The notes beneath the pieces are model-generated. The model made no database searches, was not told the DNA's origin, and worked only from the letters and a program-made list of their open reading frames with translations. Positions 35,625 to 46,461 of a DNA stretch of 64,000 nt are shown piece after piece. The translations under genes were made by a program, and so were the position numbers. Each line of letters opens with the position of its first letter. The stretch's first letter is position 1. The stretch comes from Epithemia pelagica (Eukaryota; Protista; Bacillariophyta): positions 806,001 to 870,000 of the forward strand of contig OX337237.1 of NCBI GenBank assembly GCA_946965045.2, given 5' to 3'.

Positions 35625-36905
35625 CTACCCTTCCTTGCGATCCAGACTGCTGGTCGCATCGACTTGGGCGGAAATGGCGCCCCCTCCATACACAGTGACA
35701 TGACTGGCGGTCCTGACTGTTCCTGTTCCGTGAGTGTCAATGTGAATCTCGGCATCAGAGGCCGTATTCACCACAAAGTCTCCCTCATGAGACTGAAACT
35801 CTTGGGCCTGCAACTGACTTGCCTCCGAAACCATGGTGGTCATCATCGCACTCGTGGTTGCTGCTACGATGCCCGCCACTGACGTTGGTTTCAAGGTCAC
35901 TTGGCTCCCGCCGCGTACCGTCACCGACGTGTGTTCAATCCTTTTGATCGATTCTCCCAACTCAATATCGGCATGACTTCCCTCCGATACCAGAATATTC
36001 AATTCATCCATGGAAGAATCGTCGCCTTCATCTTCTTGGACGAGAGCAGGACTTGTCGTCGTCGTCGTCAACAATGATGTGTCGGGTGTCATGACCAGTT
36101 GTGATCCTTCCTGCACTTGCAGATGCACCGTCCGGGCCAAGGCCACCCGCAAGGAAACTTTCAACTCACTGCCCTGTCGTACCTCCATGGACGACACTTG
36201 AGGGAGACGAAAGTGGACCCGAAAGGTTGCATCGCAATATGTTCCCGATTTGAGTATGGCTACCAAACTGTCCTGATTAGTACCAAGACGTTCCACTGTC
36301 AACCGATCCACCAAGTTATCATCCACTTGCAACACAACTGCATACTCTTTATCATCCTGTTCTCCCGGGAGGCTTAGTTCGGCCGACAAGCCCGTTTGGA
36401 TGGAAACTCCGGAATAATAGTCCTTTTGGGAGTAGGAAGGATCCAGAGCCGCAATATCGACGGGAACATGAACAATATTCCCCGAACCTCGGTATTGACA
36501 GGGATCAGACCAAAAAGGAGCAAGTCCAATGGGTCCCCACAACACAAACAAGACGAGCGCAATGACTGGAACGACAAGGAAGCAATCGTTTGGATGGAAC
36601 GTACAAGGGGGAGGAGTAGGAGGAGGAGGAACGCCCACATCAGCATTAGCGATTTCTTCATCATTGGATGGATGATGGCTTGTCGCAAGGAGTGGTTCCA
36701 CGTCGTCCTGGTCCTTTTGGGGTGGCTCCTCCATCATGCCCCCGATACAGATCCCAGAGAGACACACCATGTGCAGTAGCTCGTCCTTCGAGGTCACTTT
36801 CGCCGTTGCGCCACTCTTCTTTTCCATGGTGTCCTTGTCCTTGTTTGGTGGCTTCTCCTCCATGCTAAGATACAGAACCCCGAGAGACAAACAATATGTG
36901 CGCAA
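35625..36905 (-). CDS. Type-II membrane protein with a DUF2807 / GIN (adhesin head)-like repeat domain (likely ATG 36863)
   Basis: TM CFLVVPVIALVLFVLWGPIGL; RGSGNIV; VLQVDDNLVDRLTVE; repeating (V/I)xxGS/ASxV units (EGSQLV, EGSHADI, GGSQV, EASQL, TASDA, TASHV). Confidence 0.6.
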   Translation of the reverse strand: MRTYCLSLGVLYLSMEEKPPNKDKDTMEKKSGATAKVTSKDELLHMVCLSGICIGGMMEEPPQKDQDDVEPLLATSHHPSNDEEIANADVGVPPPPTPPPCTFHPNDCFLVVPVIALVLFVLWGPIGLAPFWSDPCQYRGSGNIVHVPVDIAALDPSYSQKDYYSGVSIQTGLSAELSLPGEQDDKEYAVVLQVDDNLVDRLTVERLGTNQDSLVAILKSGTYCDATFRVHFRLPQVSSMEVRQGSELKVSLRVALARTVHLQVQEGSQLVMTPDTSLLTTTTTSPALVQEDEGDDSSMDELNILVSEGSHADIELGESIKRIEHTSVTVRGGSQVTLKPTSVAGIVAATTSAMMTTMVSEASQLQAQEFQSHEGDFVVNTASDAEIHIDTHGTGTVRTASHVTVYGGGAISAQVDATSSLDRKEG

Positions 36906-38233
36906 TTTTTTGATTGTTGTATGAAGATTTGATGGGTCGTTTATCGTGTTTCTCAGCTTCCGTCAAATAGCACTTTTATACTCCCAAGCAAAAGTTAGTC
37001 GCTCATGAGTCAACTGATTCGTTCCATATCTGCAGGGTAATCATCTCATTTTTCAGCTCCTGGCGGGAATCTCAACTTACGACTGCTTAGGAGTAACCTT
37101 ATTAACAGACCCGGAAGTTCGAGAGGCCATAAAAAAGGTTTGAATCTAGTCTTCCAGCTGCCGCGCTCACCCACTCTACCGCCTGGGGTTAAGTCGACCG
37201 ACTGCTTAGGTAAACTTAGGTAATGAAATTTAGGTAGTTTAGGTGGCTACCAGTTCCGCCATCTATGGTGACTTAGTTCACATCGTAATGACACCGTACA
37301 AATCCTTGTCATCTTCCTCCGGGCCTGTTCATTTGTTTGTTTGTGGTAAGTATATCTGACCTTCATCAAGTATCTGAGATTAAGGCCAACTCTCAAGCCT
37401 CAAGCAAACATCAGCCTTGTCTTGCCCATGCATATGTTACGGAGGTAACTCCACACATTATTTTTCATGGGTTTGCAATACGCTCAACTGAGATCCCACC
37501 AGTTGACTGATCGACAGTAGAGGTTTGATCACAAGGTTGTACAGTTGCGATAGTGGCTCAATGCTGAGGAAGATCATCCGCCCTGTGTGTCCACCTGTAC
37601 TGACTCACCATTGCAACAATCAAGCTGCGTTCACTGTTCAACCCGGCGTCACATAGTATGGTAGCATCCATAGTTTCTTGGAGAGGACCTACTCCTACCT
37701 AAACTTTGGTGGGCACTTTCGGCGTCGTGAAAGATAGGCAAAACTTAGGTGCCTAAATTTAGGGGATGAAGTTTAGGAAATGAAACTTGAACGCACTACT
37801 CGGAATCATGGAGCGGAAGTTCGAGAGGCCATACGCACTTACTTGATGGTTTTTCTGGTCGCCGATTGAATCGTGATTCGAGATTTTCCTGTTGTGCGTG
37901 AGCCCAACCCAACAGGATTGTTTGAATAGCGCAGTGGCAAAAAAGCAATATTCAGTCACACCCAAATAATAATAAATGACTGTGTCACACCCAAGAAGAT
38001 TGCGTGACACGAAATCCAGAAGTGTTGTGGTTCGTCGTCGTCTTTCATTTTATTTTTTGGTTCGATTATTTTTTGTTGCAACAGCGACACAGCCTCGGAT
38101 TCTGGTTGTTGTGTTGGTGTATCTGTTAACTTACGGCTGCCTCTCTATTGTTGTCCCCTTTTTTTCAAGTGTGGCTGTGGTCCAATGCTGTCTCCTTTGT
38201 GTTGCTATCAAGAAGAAGAAAAGCCGGGATGGA

Positions 38234-41200
38234 ATGAGCAACGAGGAGGACGGCACGAATGAGACGCCACGACTTGACCCATCTTCCCAAACGACAGAAC
38301 CAGTCAACTGGGACAAAGAAGAAGATTCCAAGGATTCCGCCAAATCGATGATCCAGCATGAGCAAGGCGACGACGACGACAATGACAAGAAGAATAAGAA
38401 GCAGACAATTCATGATGCCGTCCATCCTGAACCACTCCCAAATTTGACTTGTTTGGAAAGCGACAGTTTGTCCGAAACCAAAGAAACCACCAATAGTGGC
38501 TATTCTACAAAAATGAGCAAGATCCACACGCCAAAGACCACCAGTAATCATCTTGGAACAAAAGAGAGAAACAGCAGCGACAACAGCAACACAATCGAAC
38601 CATCTGATGGGACGATGCCTCACCAAGAGCAGTCTTCTCCTCCTAGTTCCAGGAGTAAGGATACTACCAATGATTCACGTCCTGTTTCTCTTGCGGACAA
38701 CAAGGACACGATAGTTACCGACAATGGCGTGTCCGCTCCATCGGTTTCTACTACGGCTTTTCACAACGACGACGAAGAAACGACCAGCACTCGTTTGGAT
38801 GCACCACCGTTCTTGCCCGCTCCGACGACGCTCCATCCAAACCCTGCACTTCGACCGACGGCTACACCGGGTGCCTTTGTTTATTCTCCCCGCCAACGGC
38901 ATGGAGCACGACGTCCGCCATTGGATTATTCGTCGTCGTCCTTGTGGTTGGGCGGAGAATGTGGTGCTGGTGTTGCTGGTAAGCCACATTGTTGCAAAAA
39001 GAACAAGACAAGGATGAAGGAAGGGCAAGTTGTTCCAACTCTTTTTGTACACGACAATGATGACTCCGCGAGCAGTCATACGGAACAAACGGGTGACGAC
39101 GACTTGCGGAGAGCGCCACCACCACCACCACTAGGATGGAACACCCACAACTCCCACCACACAACAAATGGTGATGGTTCGGAGACATTGGACAATGACA
39201 TTTATGTCGTGTCGGCAACCTTGGTCGACGAACATTCGAGGCCCAGCCGCACGAGGAGCACTGCTCCTAGCATGGTAGATGATCATTACTTGTTGCCCTT
39301 GGTCGATGCATGGACCTTGACCAATGATGAATCGCCGAGTACCAGAAATACTCCTACAACGATTCGGTTCCGAAACATGACGCAGCACCCGCAACAAAAA
39401 GAAGAGGCAGGAGCATCCACCAATGTCGAACAAGCAATCGACCGACGACCCAAGCACTATCGGGGATGCTGGCAGTTGTCTCCTATCCAAACGAATCTCC
39501 TGGATTGGATGCTGCCTGCTCCTTGTTCTTTTTATGATTGCTGTAATTGTCATTGTGAGTGTTCTTCTTCTTGGGGCAGCATCCACCCCTACTGGAAGTA
39601 GTAGTACGGATGAACCAGCAGGCATGGCGACAACCCAACCTGGTGGTCCTCCTACCCAGTCCTCCGTTCCGCCCTCTACCACTGGTACACCCAGTATCCA
39701 ACCGTCCTTCAGTGTGGTACCAACAACGACCCCAACCACTTCCTCCAATCCCTCCCTTTCGCCCACGCGATCGGTATCGGCAATCGAACTCATGTTGCGA
39801 ACCAATCACCCCCAAGTGTTTGAAACAGAAGAAAAGCAGCGAACGTTTACATTTCCTGACGAATCTGCCTATTGGATGAAAGCCTTGCGCTATGTCGAAG
39901 CGACCTCTACGGAAATGGAGGAGTGGAGAATTGTGCAACGCTATGCCTTGGCCTGTATCTATTATGCCACCAATGGTGTTGAAACACCGCACTATATCGA
40001 ACATTACAGGAATGATGAGAATGACACGTCTGTCATGGAATGGGAATTTCCATGGGCGGATCAAGCTGGCACAATCAATGAATGTACTTGGTATGGGGTG
40101 CAATGCGAAATTGTTGTGGATGACAATTCGGCATTTGGCCCACTTGTAAGTCCCGTTGTCCATTTAGCCTTTGGCAGCCAAGGGATGACGGGCACCTTCC
40201 CCATGGAAGTGATTTTATTGAAAGAAACGTTGACATGGTTATTCATCGATGACAATCCAATCTCAAATTTTGGACTGGAAAACCTTTGGTGGTTGGGTGA
40301 ACTAACCCAATTGGAAAGACTTGGACTCTCTGGTAGTGGGTTTGGCTATGATCAAGGTTTGCCATTGGAGTTGGGATTCTTGACCAATCTCAAAAGACTT
40401 CGTTTGGTGAATTCTGATTTCACCGGTTCATTAGATGCCACTTCCATTTTTCAAAACATGTCTCACCTCGAGCGGCTCGTTCTGTCGGGATTGAACTTGA
40501 CCCAGGCCAATACATTGTTCGCCGTTCTTCCGTCGTTGTCTCAGCTAACGAGTTTGACCTTGCGCGATATTCCGCTTCAGGCAAACTTGTCCTTTCGACT
40601 ATCGGATCTTCCCAATCTCCAATCACTTAATATACGGAAAGCACATTTGACCGGAAATTTGGACGTTTTGTTCGCTACTGACGACTTGCCTGAATCTTTT
40701 TCCTCCACGCTTAACACTCTCATTCTTTCGAACCATCCCAATCTTAGTGGAGGCCTTCCAAGAACTATTGGACGTTTCTCACTGCTAAGAAGCTTGGATT
40801 TGAGGAATTGTGGTCTCTCAGGACAACTTCCTTCTGAATTGGCATTGCTTGATGAGCTACAATGTGTCGAATTCCGAAACAATGCATTCACCGGAACGAT
40901 TCCATCCCATCTAGGGAAGCATGTAACATCTTTGGCTCTGCAAAACAATAACTTGACGGGTGGCTTGAATCCTCTCTTTGATCGTGACAGCGCTCTTGGG
41001 GATTCGAACGAGCTGAAGAACCTGAACCTTTCAAACAATGCCTTTTTGGGTGGTACCATACCAACCACGGTCAGCCTCTTTCCCAAACTTGTGGATCTAG
41101 AGCTGGAAAATTGTGGCTTGACGGGTCCCATCCCCACCCAAATTGGTCTCCTACGTGCTCTGAGGTCGATGCCTCTGAACGACAATTTACTAAACGGAAC

Positions 41201-41417
41201 TATACCCACGGAACTAGGCGATCTACTGGTGTTGCAACATGTACAATTGCACAATAATGATCTGAACGGTCCTCTTCCGGATACCTTGTGTCGTCAATGG
41301 GACGTTCGAGAGGAACCAGTCCTCTCCTTTACATTGGATTGCTCGACGCTGCTATTGGAAAACGCGACGATGACATCGTGTGAAGAGGCGAATTCTTGCT
41401 GTACTCTCTGTTACTGA
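38234..41417 (+). pseudogene. Type-II membrane LRR receptor-like gene (LRR4) with a single +1 frame break just before the TM (about 39450-39490)
   Basis: The N-terminal frame carries PGAFVY, YVVSATLVDE and LPLVDAWTL. The frame of ORF 39423-41417 carries the TM, stalk, LRRNT, complete LRRs and CCTLCY*. May be an unrecognised intron or a sequencing error. Confidence 0.75.
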
Positions 41418-41457
41418 AGCATTCTTCCTGGTCCCAGAGCGAGAGACCTGCGAAAGT

Positions 41458-42089
41458 GGGTCTTTACTGAAATGTTTTTATCATAAACATAACATAAAAC
41501 ATAAACACAACGCAAATTTTTGTATTGGTTATGTTTGAGTTTATGATTCGTCGCTTGGTTATGAGGCATGAATTCATGCCTCATAACCGTTGTGTTCAAA
41601 CATAACACAAAACACATCCGAAAAATTCTTAACGCATGCCCAACACCGGGCATGCGCATGAAAATGGACACGAGTTCCCCACCAGATTCATGGGACTCTC
41701 TTGTTGGAACTTTGCCGAGATGATACACTGGTACGCTGGGTATGTCACTTCCGCTCAATGCTTGATGAGGAAGAAGGAAGGAAGAAGGAGGAAGGAAGAA
41801 GAAAGAAGGAAGAAGAATCATCAAGCTTGACCATCACACTAGCACCTCTTTTTTGATGCCAAAGAAAAGCAAGGCAAAAGCATAGAGATGCGTCGGATTG
41901 AGGTGGGGGGAAACTTTGGAGAATTTTTGTGTTCCGGCTGTTATGTTTTATGTTTCGCTATTATGTTTTATGTTTCAAAGAGTTTCAGTGGCATGAGCAA
42001 TCATAAACATAAACATAACATAACGAGGCAAAAACTTTGTGTTTCTGTTTTATGTTGTGTTTATGATAAAAACATTTCAGTAAAGACCC
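41458..42089. mobile_element. MITE, PIF/Harbinger (Tourist)-like
   Basis: Terminal inverted repeats GGGTCTTTACTGAAATGTTTTTATCATAAACA.../...TGTTTATGATAAAAACATTTCAGTAAAGACCC (about 60 bp, degenerate inward). 3-bp flanking duplication AGT at 41455-57 and 42090-92. No transposase ORF. Confidence 0.8.
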
Positions 42090-42092
42090 AGT

Positions 42093-42415
42093 ATCCTCGG
42101 ACCATGCCGCCGCCGCCACCTCACCCTTCAAAAAAGTCTCCCAAGGCATTGAATCAACAGTCACCAGTTTCCTCTCGGCATCCTTTCCCATTCAAAATCA
42201 GGAAACTGGCTTGCAACAACACCAAAAGGCTGATGGACGGGTCCTCGTGAGTAGTCGAGGCTGTTTGTTGACAGAATCATTAAGTCAAAAAGCCTCATCC
42301 AACCGCCGAAAAACCGAATGTCGGCCAAGAAAGGAGTTCAAGATATTGTTCAACAAAATGGAAGCAAGAGCCAGCCAATTGGCACTCTTTCTTACCACTG
42401 ACGAGGATAGAAAGA
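42093..42415 (+). pseudogene. Degenerate duplicate of the IPI1/TEX10 5' end
   Basis: Shares gccgccgccacctcacccttcaa, cattcaaaatcaggaaactggcttgcaacaaca and tcaagatat.gttcaacaaaa.ggaagcaa with 43190-43490. Confidence 0.8.
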
Positions 42416-43164
42416 CAAAGACTTAGTTTCGAGAAAACATACCCTTAATCACGAAAGAGATTTCAAGTTTTTCAGTGAATCATACCCAGCCATCAGTGGA
42501 TGAGCGCTGGATCTCACAAACGTGCAGCGTGAACGATTGAATGGGATTGCCACCTTCAAGGAGTCCGACTTTTTGGTTTACGTTTCTTTGGCCGCCAAGA
42601 AAACAACACAAAAGAGAAAAGGAACATGAGCGACTCAACAAACCAAGATCGCCTCTTTTGAGACAAGGAGGAGCTCAAAACAGTTGAGGATGAATTGGAA
42701 GAATTCAATGTAAGCACTGCTCAAAGCATGGTAAAAAACTTTGCGTTGATGAAAAACAAGCTCGTACAAGAACACCTCTCTCGTGCCAAAACCGAAATTG
42801 AACGAGCTACGGATGAATTGGAACGATTCAAGGCAAGCTAACCTTTCACGTTTGAAAACCAAAGCGATAAACTTGCCTTATTGAAAGAAACTGCTTCTGA
42901 ATCGGTCTTTAACCTAGTTCGTCTATGACTCCCTGACAAAACTTATGTAGATTAAGATCACATATATCAAATTGACATGGATCTGTTACACTCGCAGTGA
43001 AAGGATGCCGTAGACCATGGATCTGCAAGAAGGACTTTGGTGAGTTAGCATCACTAGCAAGAACATTTTAAAGCGACCGAAAATATGGATGAGTCGCATT
43101 ATGAATCATTGTCAGCGACCGCATCAGAACCACATAATATTTTCTCCATTGTTTTTTCTCGACC

Positions 43165-46100
43165 ATGGCGAGCAAGCGCACAGCATCCTCGAATCATGCC
43201 GCCGCCACCTCACCCTTCAAGAGGCTCAAGGCCAAGGTGGGAAAGAAGGCTCCCAAGGCACTGAATGCAACAGATACCAATTTCCGTTCGGCATCCATTC
43301 ACATTCAAAATCAGGAAACTGGCTTGCAACAACAAGAACAAAAGGCTGCTGGCCGGGTCCTGGCGAGTAGTCGAGGTCGTTTGTTGACGGAACTATTAAG
43401 TCAAATGCATCATCCAGCCGCTGCAGTACGAATGTCGGCCATGAAAGGCGTTCAAGATATCGTTCAACAAAACGGAAGCAACAGTCCTACTATTTCATCC
43501 AATTTGTCACTCTTTATTTCCGCCATTGGCAAGGCATCAGTGGAAGAGGAAGACCAGGATATACGACTGATTGGTCTTGAGGTATTTCAAAAGCTCTTGA
43601 AAGTACTTTCCCATCCTGCAATCTGGAAACCCTTTATGCCCCTAACCTTGGCATTTCTCCAGTCGGCTCTCAATAGCCTCGATCGAGACACCCGCAAAGA
43701 TGGCTTACAATACCTTCATTCGTTGGCTCGTACCGTACCACTGAATGTGGCCACGGTGATAACCATTCTTCCTGCCATTGTACGAATGTGGGATGACATG
43801 GCCTTTCTGCCGCAAGGTGAAGGACAAGGGGGCAAGAAACAAAACCACAAAAAGAGGAACAAGAAGCAAACACAAACTCAACAACAAAGCAAAGGAAATG
43901 AAGGATTCAAGAGTAAACGGTTTCCCTTGCTAGATTGTCTAGATATCCTCTTGACTGGAATTGGCGTGGACGATTCCAGTCAGTCTTCCAGTCATGGTAG
44001 AGACCTGGCATTGGCATTGCCCACCATGACGTTGGTGTCTGGTGCAGCATCCAAAAATGCTCTCTTCTTTTACTCCTTGCACAGGGAAACCAACCGCAGT
44101 AGCCATGACGCTTTGAGTAAAACTCTTGAGTCCATGACAGAATTGCCATCCTTTTCATCCTTGTCGTCGTCGCATGGGAACTACAACCACCAACCAACAC
44201 GGGCAATACTGCGCGGTGAGGCATTTTTGGATCTCGACTGCGCTCACAATCTGCTGGTCAAGTTTCGTGATACATTGATTGAACTGCAGCAAACACCCTG
44301 CTACGTCACTCTTCATCTCTTGGCCAAGGTGTTGGAATTGTTTTGGCACGTGTTTGGAACGCAGCTCGTCTCGGACTCGATGGCCACGAAATCCAAAGAA
44401 CCAAAAGGTACTAATACGATTGGCGCTGTAATGGAAACAATTCGAAAACTTTGCATGGAAAATTTTCCTGTTCAATCATTGTCTGCGGCATCGACGAATG
44501 GTGCCATGTTGGAGTCATTGAATGGACAATTGTGTTTGACTCTTGTACTTGTCACACACGCAGTCGATGAGTTGACGACACCTTTCACGAATGCACACAA
44601 CAGGAATCAGCAGAAACAACAACAACAACAACAATCTTCCGAAGGGTCGTCCACCAAATGGTTGAAACCAGTGGTTCAATATCTTTGCGATCGTCTCACC
44701 GACAAGAGTCTTGTGCGTCCTGGCAACGAAGAATCGCGACAGGCCATTCTCAAGGTACTACAAAAGTTACTTAAGGACGCACACTACTGCAAGATTCTCC
44801 AAGCCAATCCACGATTGGAAAAGAAGCTTGTTCAGGCATTTATGGGAAGTATCATGCCTCAGAGCGGTGCTCTTGCCCATGGGTCCACGGAGCGTTCTCG
44901 GCAGACGAGGTTGATTTCGGTCGAAATCATGACAACCATACTGGAACGATCTAAGCATTGTCTCAGACCCGACGAGGCAGCCTCCGTGGGAGATATCATG
45001 TTTCAAATCACCACAGCATTGTCGGACATTTTGGTCGTCTTGGGAGCTGACGATTTGGACTCAAGTGCCAAGGTGTTGTCCTCCTTGAGTCTCATTTTTC
45101 GTCGATTTCCATCCAGCGACGAAATGAACAATCACAAGGACAATGCTTTCGCCAAGGGCGTTGTTTCAGTCACATCCAAACTGCGACTTACGATCGACGC
45201 CATTGTGGATCCTGAAGGAATCACTGACAAGAATGGGACCAAACATTCCATCTTTGAATCTTATTCAGAACCAATGCAACGAAGTCTCCTCAATTTACTT
45301 GCCACACTTCAATCTCCAACGGAACATACATGTTCTCATTTGAGCGATATTTGTGCACGAGCCAATCTGACAATCATACCAGACAAGGTTTCACCAAATG
45401 TCTGCTTTTATGTGGTTCAAGTGATATTCGACATTCGCAAAACCATACCAATGCAGCAGTTTCTGGGTTTTCTCGTCGACTGTACCGGAGTGACTCGAGC
45501 ATCCTTACCCGACGATGCCAATACTACTGTTCCAGATAGTCGGATGGATCGGTTCGACCGGGGTGTGAAGGCGGTGACAAAGTCCCTTGTCTGTTGTGGC
45601 GTCCACAATGTCACGCCCATGATGATCCCATTGCTGCAGCTGTTCCTCGAAAACGACACTTCATCCAGCGCCACTTTGACACAAGCGCTAGTGCGACAGA
45701 GATTTGCCTTTTCGGTCATGGCCGAATTTGCTCACACTCTTCGAAAAAATGGTCGATGCGAGTCGCTGCTTCCACTACTGACGAGTGAATTGGAAGGCAA
45801 GATCCCTGTACGTATTTTAGAAGTCTTGCAGAAACCCGGAACGTACAATGATCATGGCAAAGTCAAACCGCAAACCATGACTCCAATTACAGCGCTACTT
45901 CGGACGGAACCATCCTTGATGGCCAAAGTGTTTCAGTATATCATTGACAATATTTTGTCGGTAGAGGAAGAGATACATCAGCGAAACATTCTGACCTGGC
46001 TTGTAGAGCAAGATCGGTTGATCGCATCACTCCCCGTTGCAAAGGTTCACGAGTTAATGGATAGCACAAAGGAGGTTCAGGCTGCAACATCGTCTTCACA

Positions 46101-46170
46101 AATGTCGAATCTCTTTGAGCAGTTGACTGTTGTTCTCGGACTCGCCATGTCTGGAACACAAAAGCAGTGA
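43165..46170 (+). CDS. IPI1: Pre-rRNA-processing protein IPI1/TEX10 (Rix1 complex)
   Basis: N-terminal FKRLKAKVGKKAPKALNATDTNFRSASI, LLSQMHH..VRMSAMKG, ALNSLDRDTRKDGL; HEAT/ARM-like body; intact 1001 aa. Confidence 0.85.
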   Translation: MASKRTASSNHAAATSPFKRLKAKVGKKAPKALNATDTNFRSASIHIQNQETGLQQQEQKAAGRVLASSRGRLLTELLSQMHHPAAAVRMSAMKGVQDIVQQNGSNSPTISSNLSLFISAIGKASVEEEDQDIRLIGLEVFQKLLKVLSHPAIWKPFMPLTLAFLQSALNSLDRDTRKDGLQYLHSLARTVPLNVATVITILPAIVRMWDDMAFLPQGEGQGGKKQNHKKRNKKQTQTQQQSKGNEGFKSKRFPLLDCLDILLTGIGVDDSSQSSSHGRDLALALPTMTLVSGAASKNALFFYSLHRETNRSSHDALSKTLESMTELPSFSSLSSSHGNYNHQPTRAILRGEAFLDLDCAHNLLVKFRDTLIELQQTPCYVTLHLLAKVLELFWHVFGTQLVSDSMATKSKEPKGTNTIGAVMETIRKLCMENFPVQSLSAASTNGAMLESLNGQLCLTLVLVTHAVDELTTPFTNAHNRNQQKQQQQQQSSEGSSTKWLKPVVQYLCDRLTDKSLVRPGNEESRQAILKVLQKLLKDAHYCKILQANPRLEKKLVQAFMGSIMPQSGALAHGSTERSRQTRLISVEIMTTILERSKHCLRPDEAASVGDIMFQITTALSDILVVLGADDLDSSAKVLSSLSLIFRRFPSSDEMNNHKDNAFAKGVVSVTSKLRLTIDAIVDPEGITDKNGTKHSIFESYSEPMQRSLLNLLATLQSPTEHTCSHLSDICARANLTIIPDKVSPNVCFYVVQVIFDIRKTIPMQQFLGFLVDCTGVTRASLPDDANTTVPDSRMDRFDRGVKAVTKSLVCCGVHNVTPMMIPLLQLFLENDTSSSATLTQALVRQRFAFSVMAEFAHTLRKNGRCESLLPLLTSELEGKIPVRILEVLQKPGTYNDHGKVKPQTMTPITALLRTEPSLMAKVFQYIIDNILSVEEEIHQRNILTWLVEQDRLIASLPVAKVHELMDSTKEVQAATSSSQMSNLFEQLTVVLGLAMSGTQKQ

Positions 46171-46461
46171 TGGAACAACACGGTTTGATTTACTGCTTTG
46201 ATGCGAGTGTACATTGGATCCGGAGTAATTGACCTTAATTTGTACAGGATTCGATCCAATCCACCGAAAGGTGGAGAAGCGAGTCAGCTTTGGTAATATG
46301 ATTTTTTCGTCAGAAGCAATGATGAACGTGGTCATTTCCGTGCACATGTCACAGTGGTATAACGGCAATGAGAGAGGTTATCCTTGTTGGTGGTAAAGAA
46401 CAGATCAAATATCGAACTCGCACAGCACAATGATGACGAAACGTTTTTGGAGTTTACAAAC

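Noticed and set aside
42629-42910. Short coiled-coil ORF remnant
   Set aside because: Interrupted by stops and not assignable to any family.
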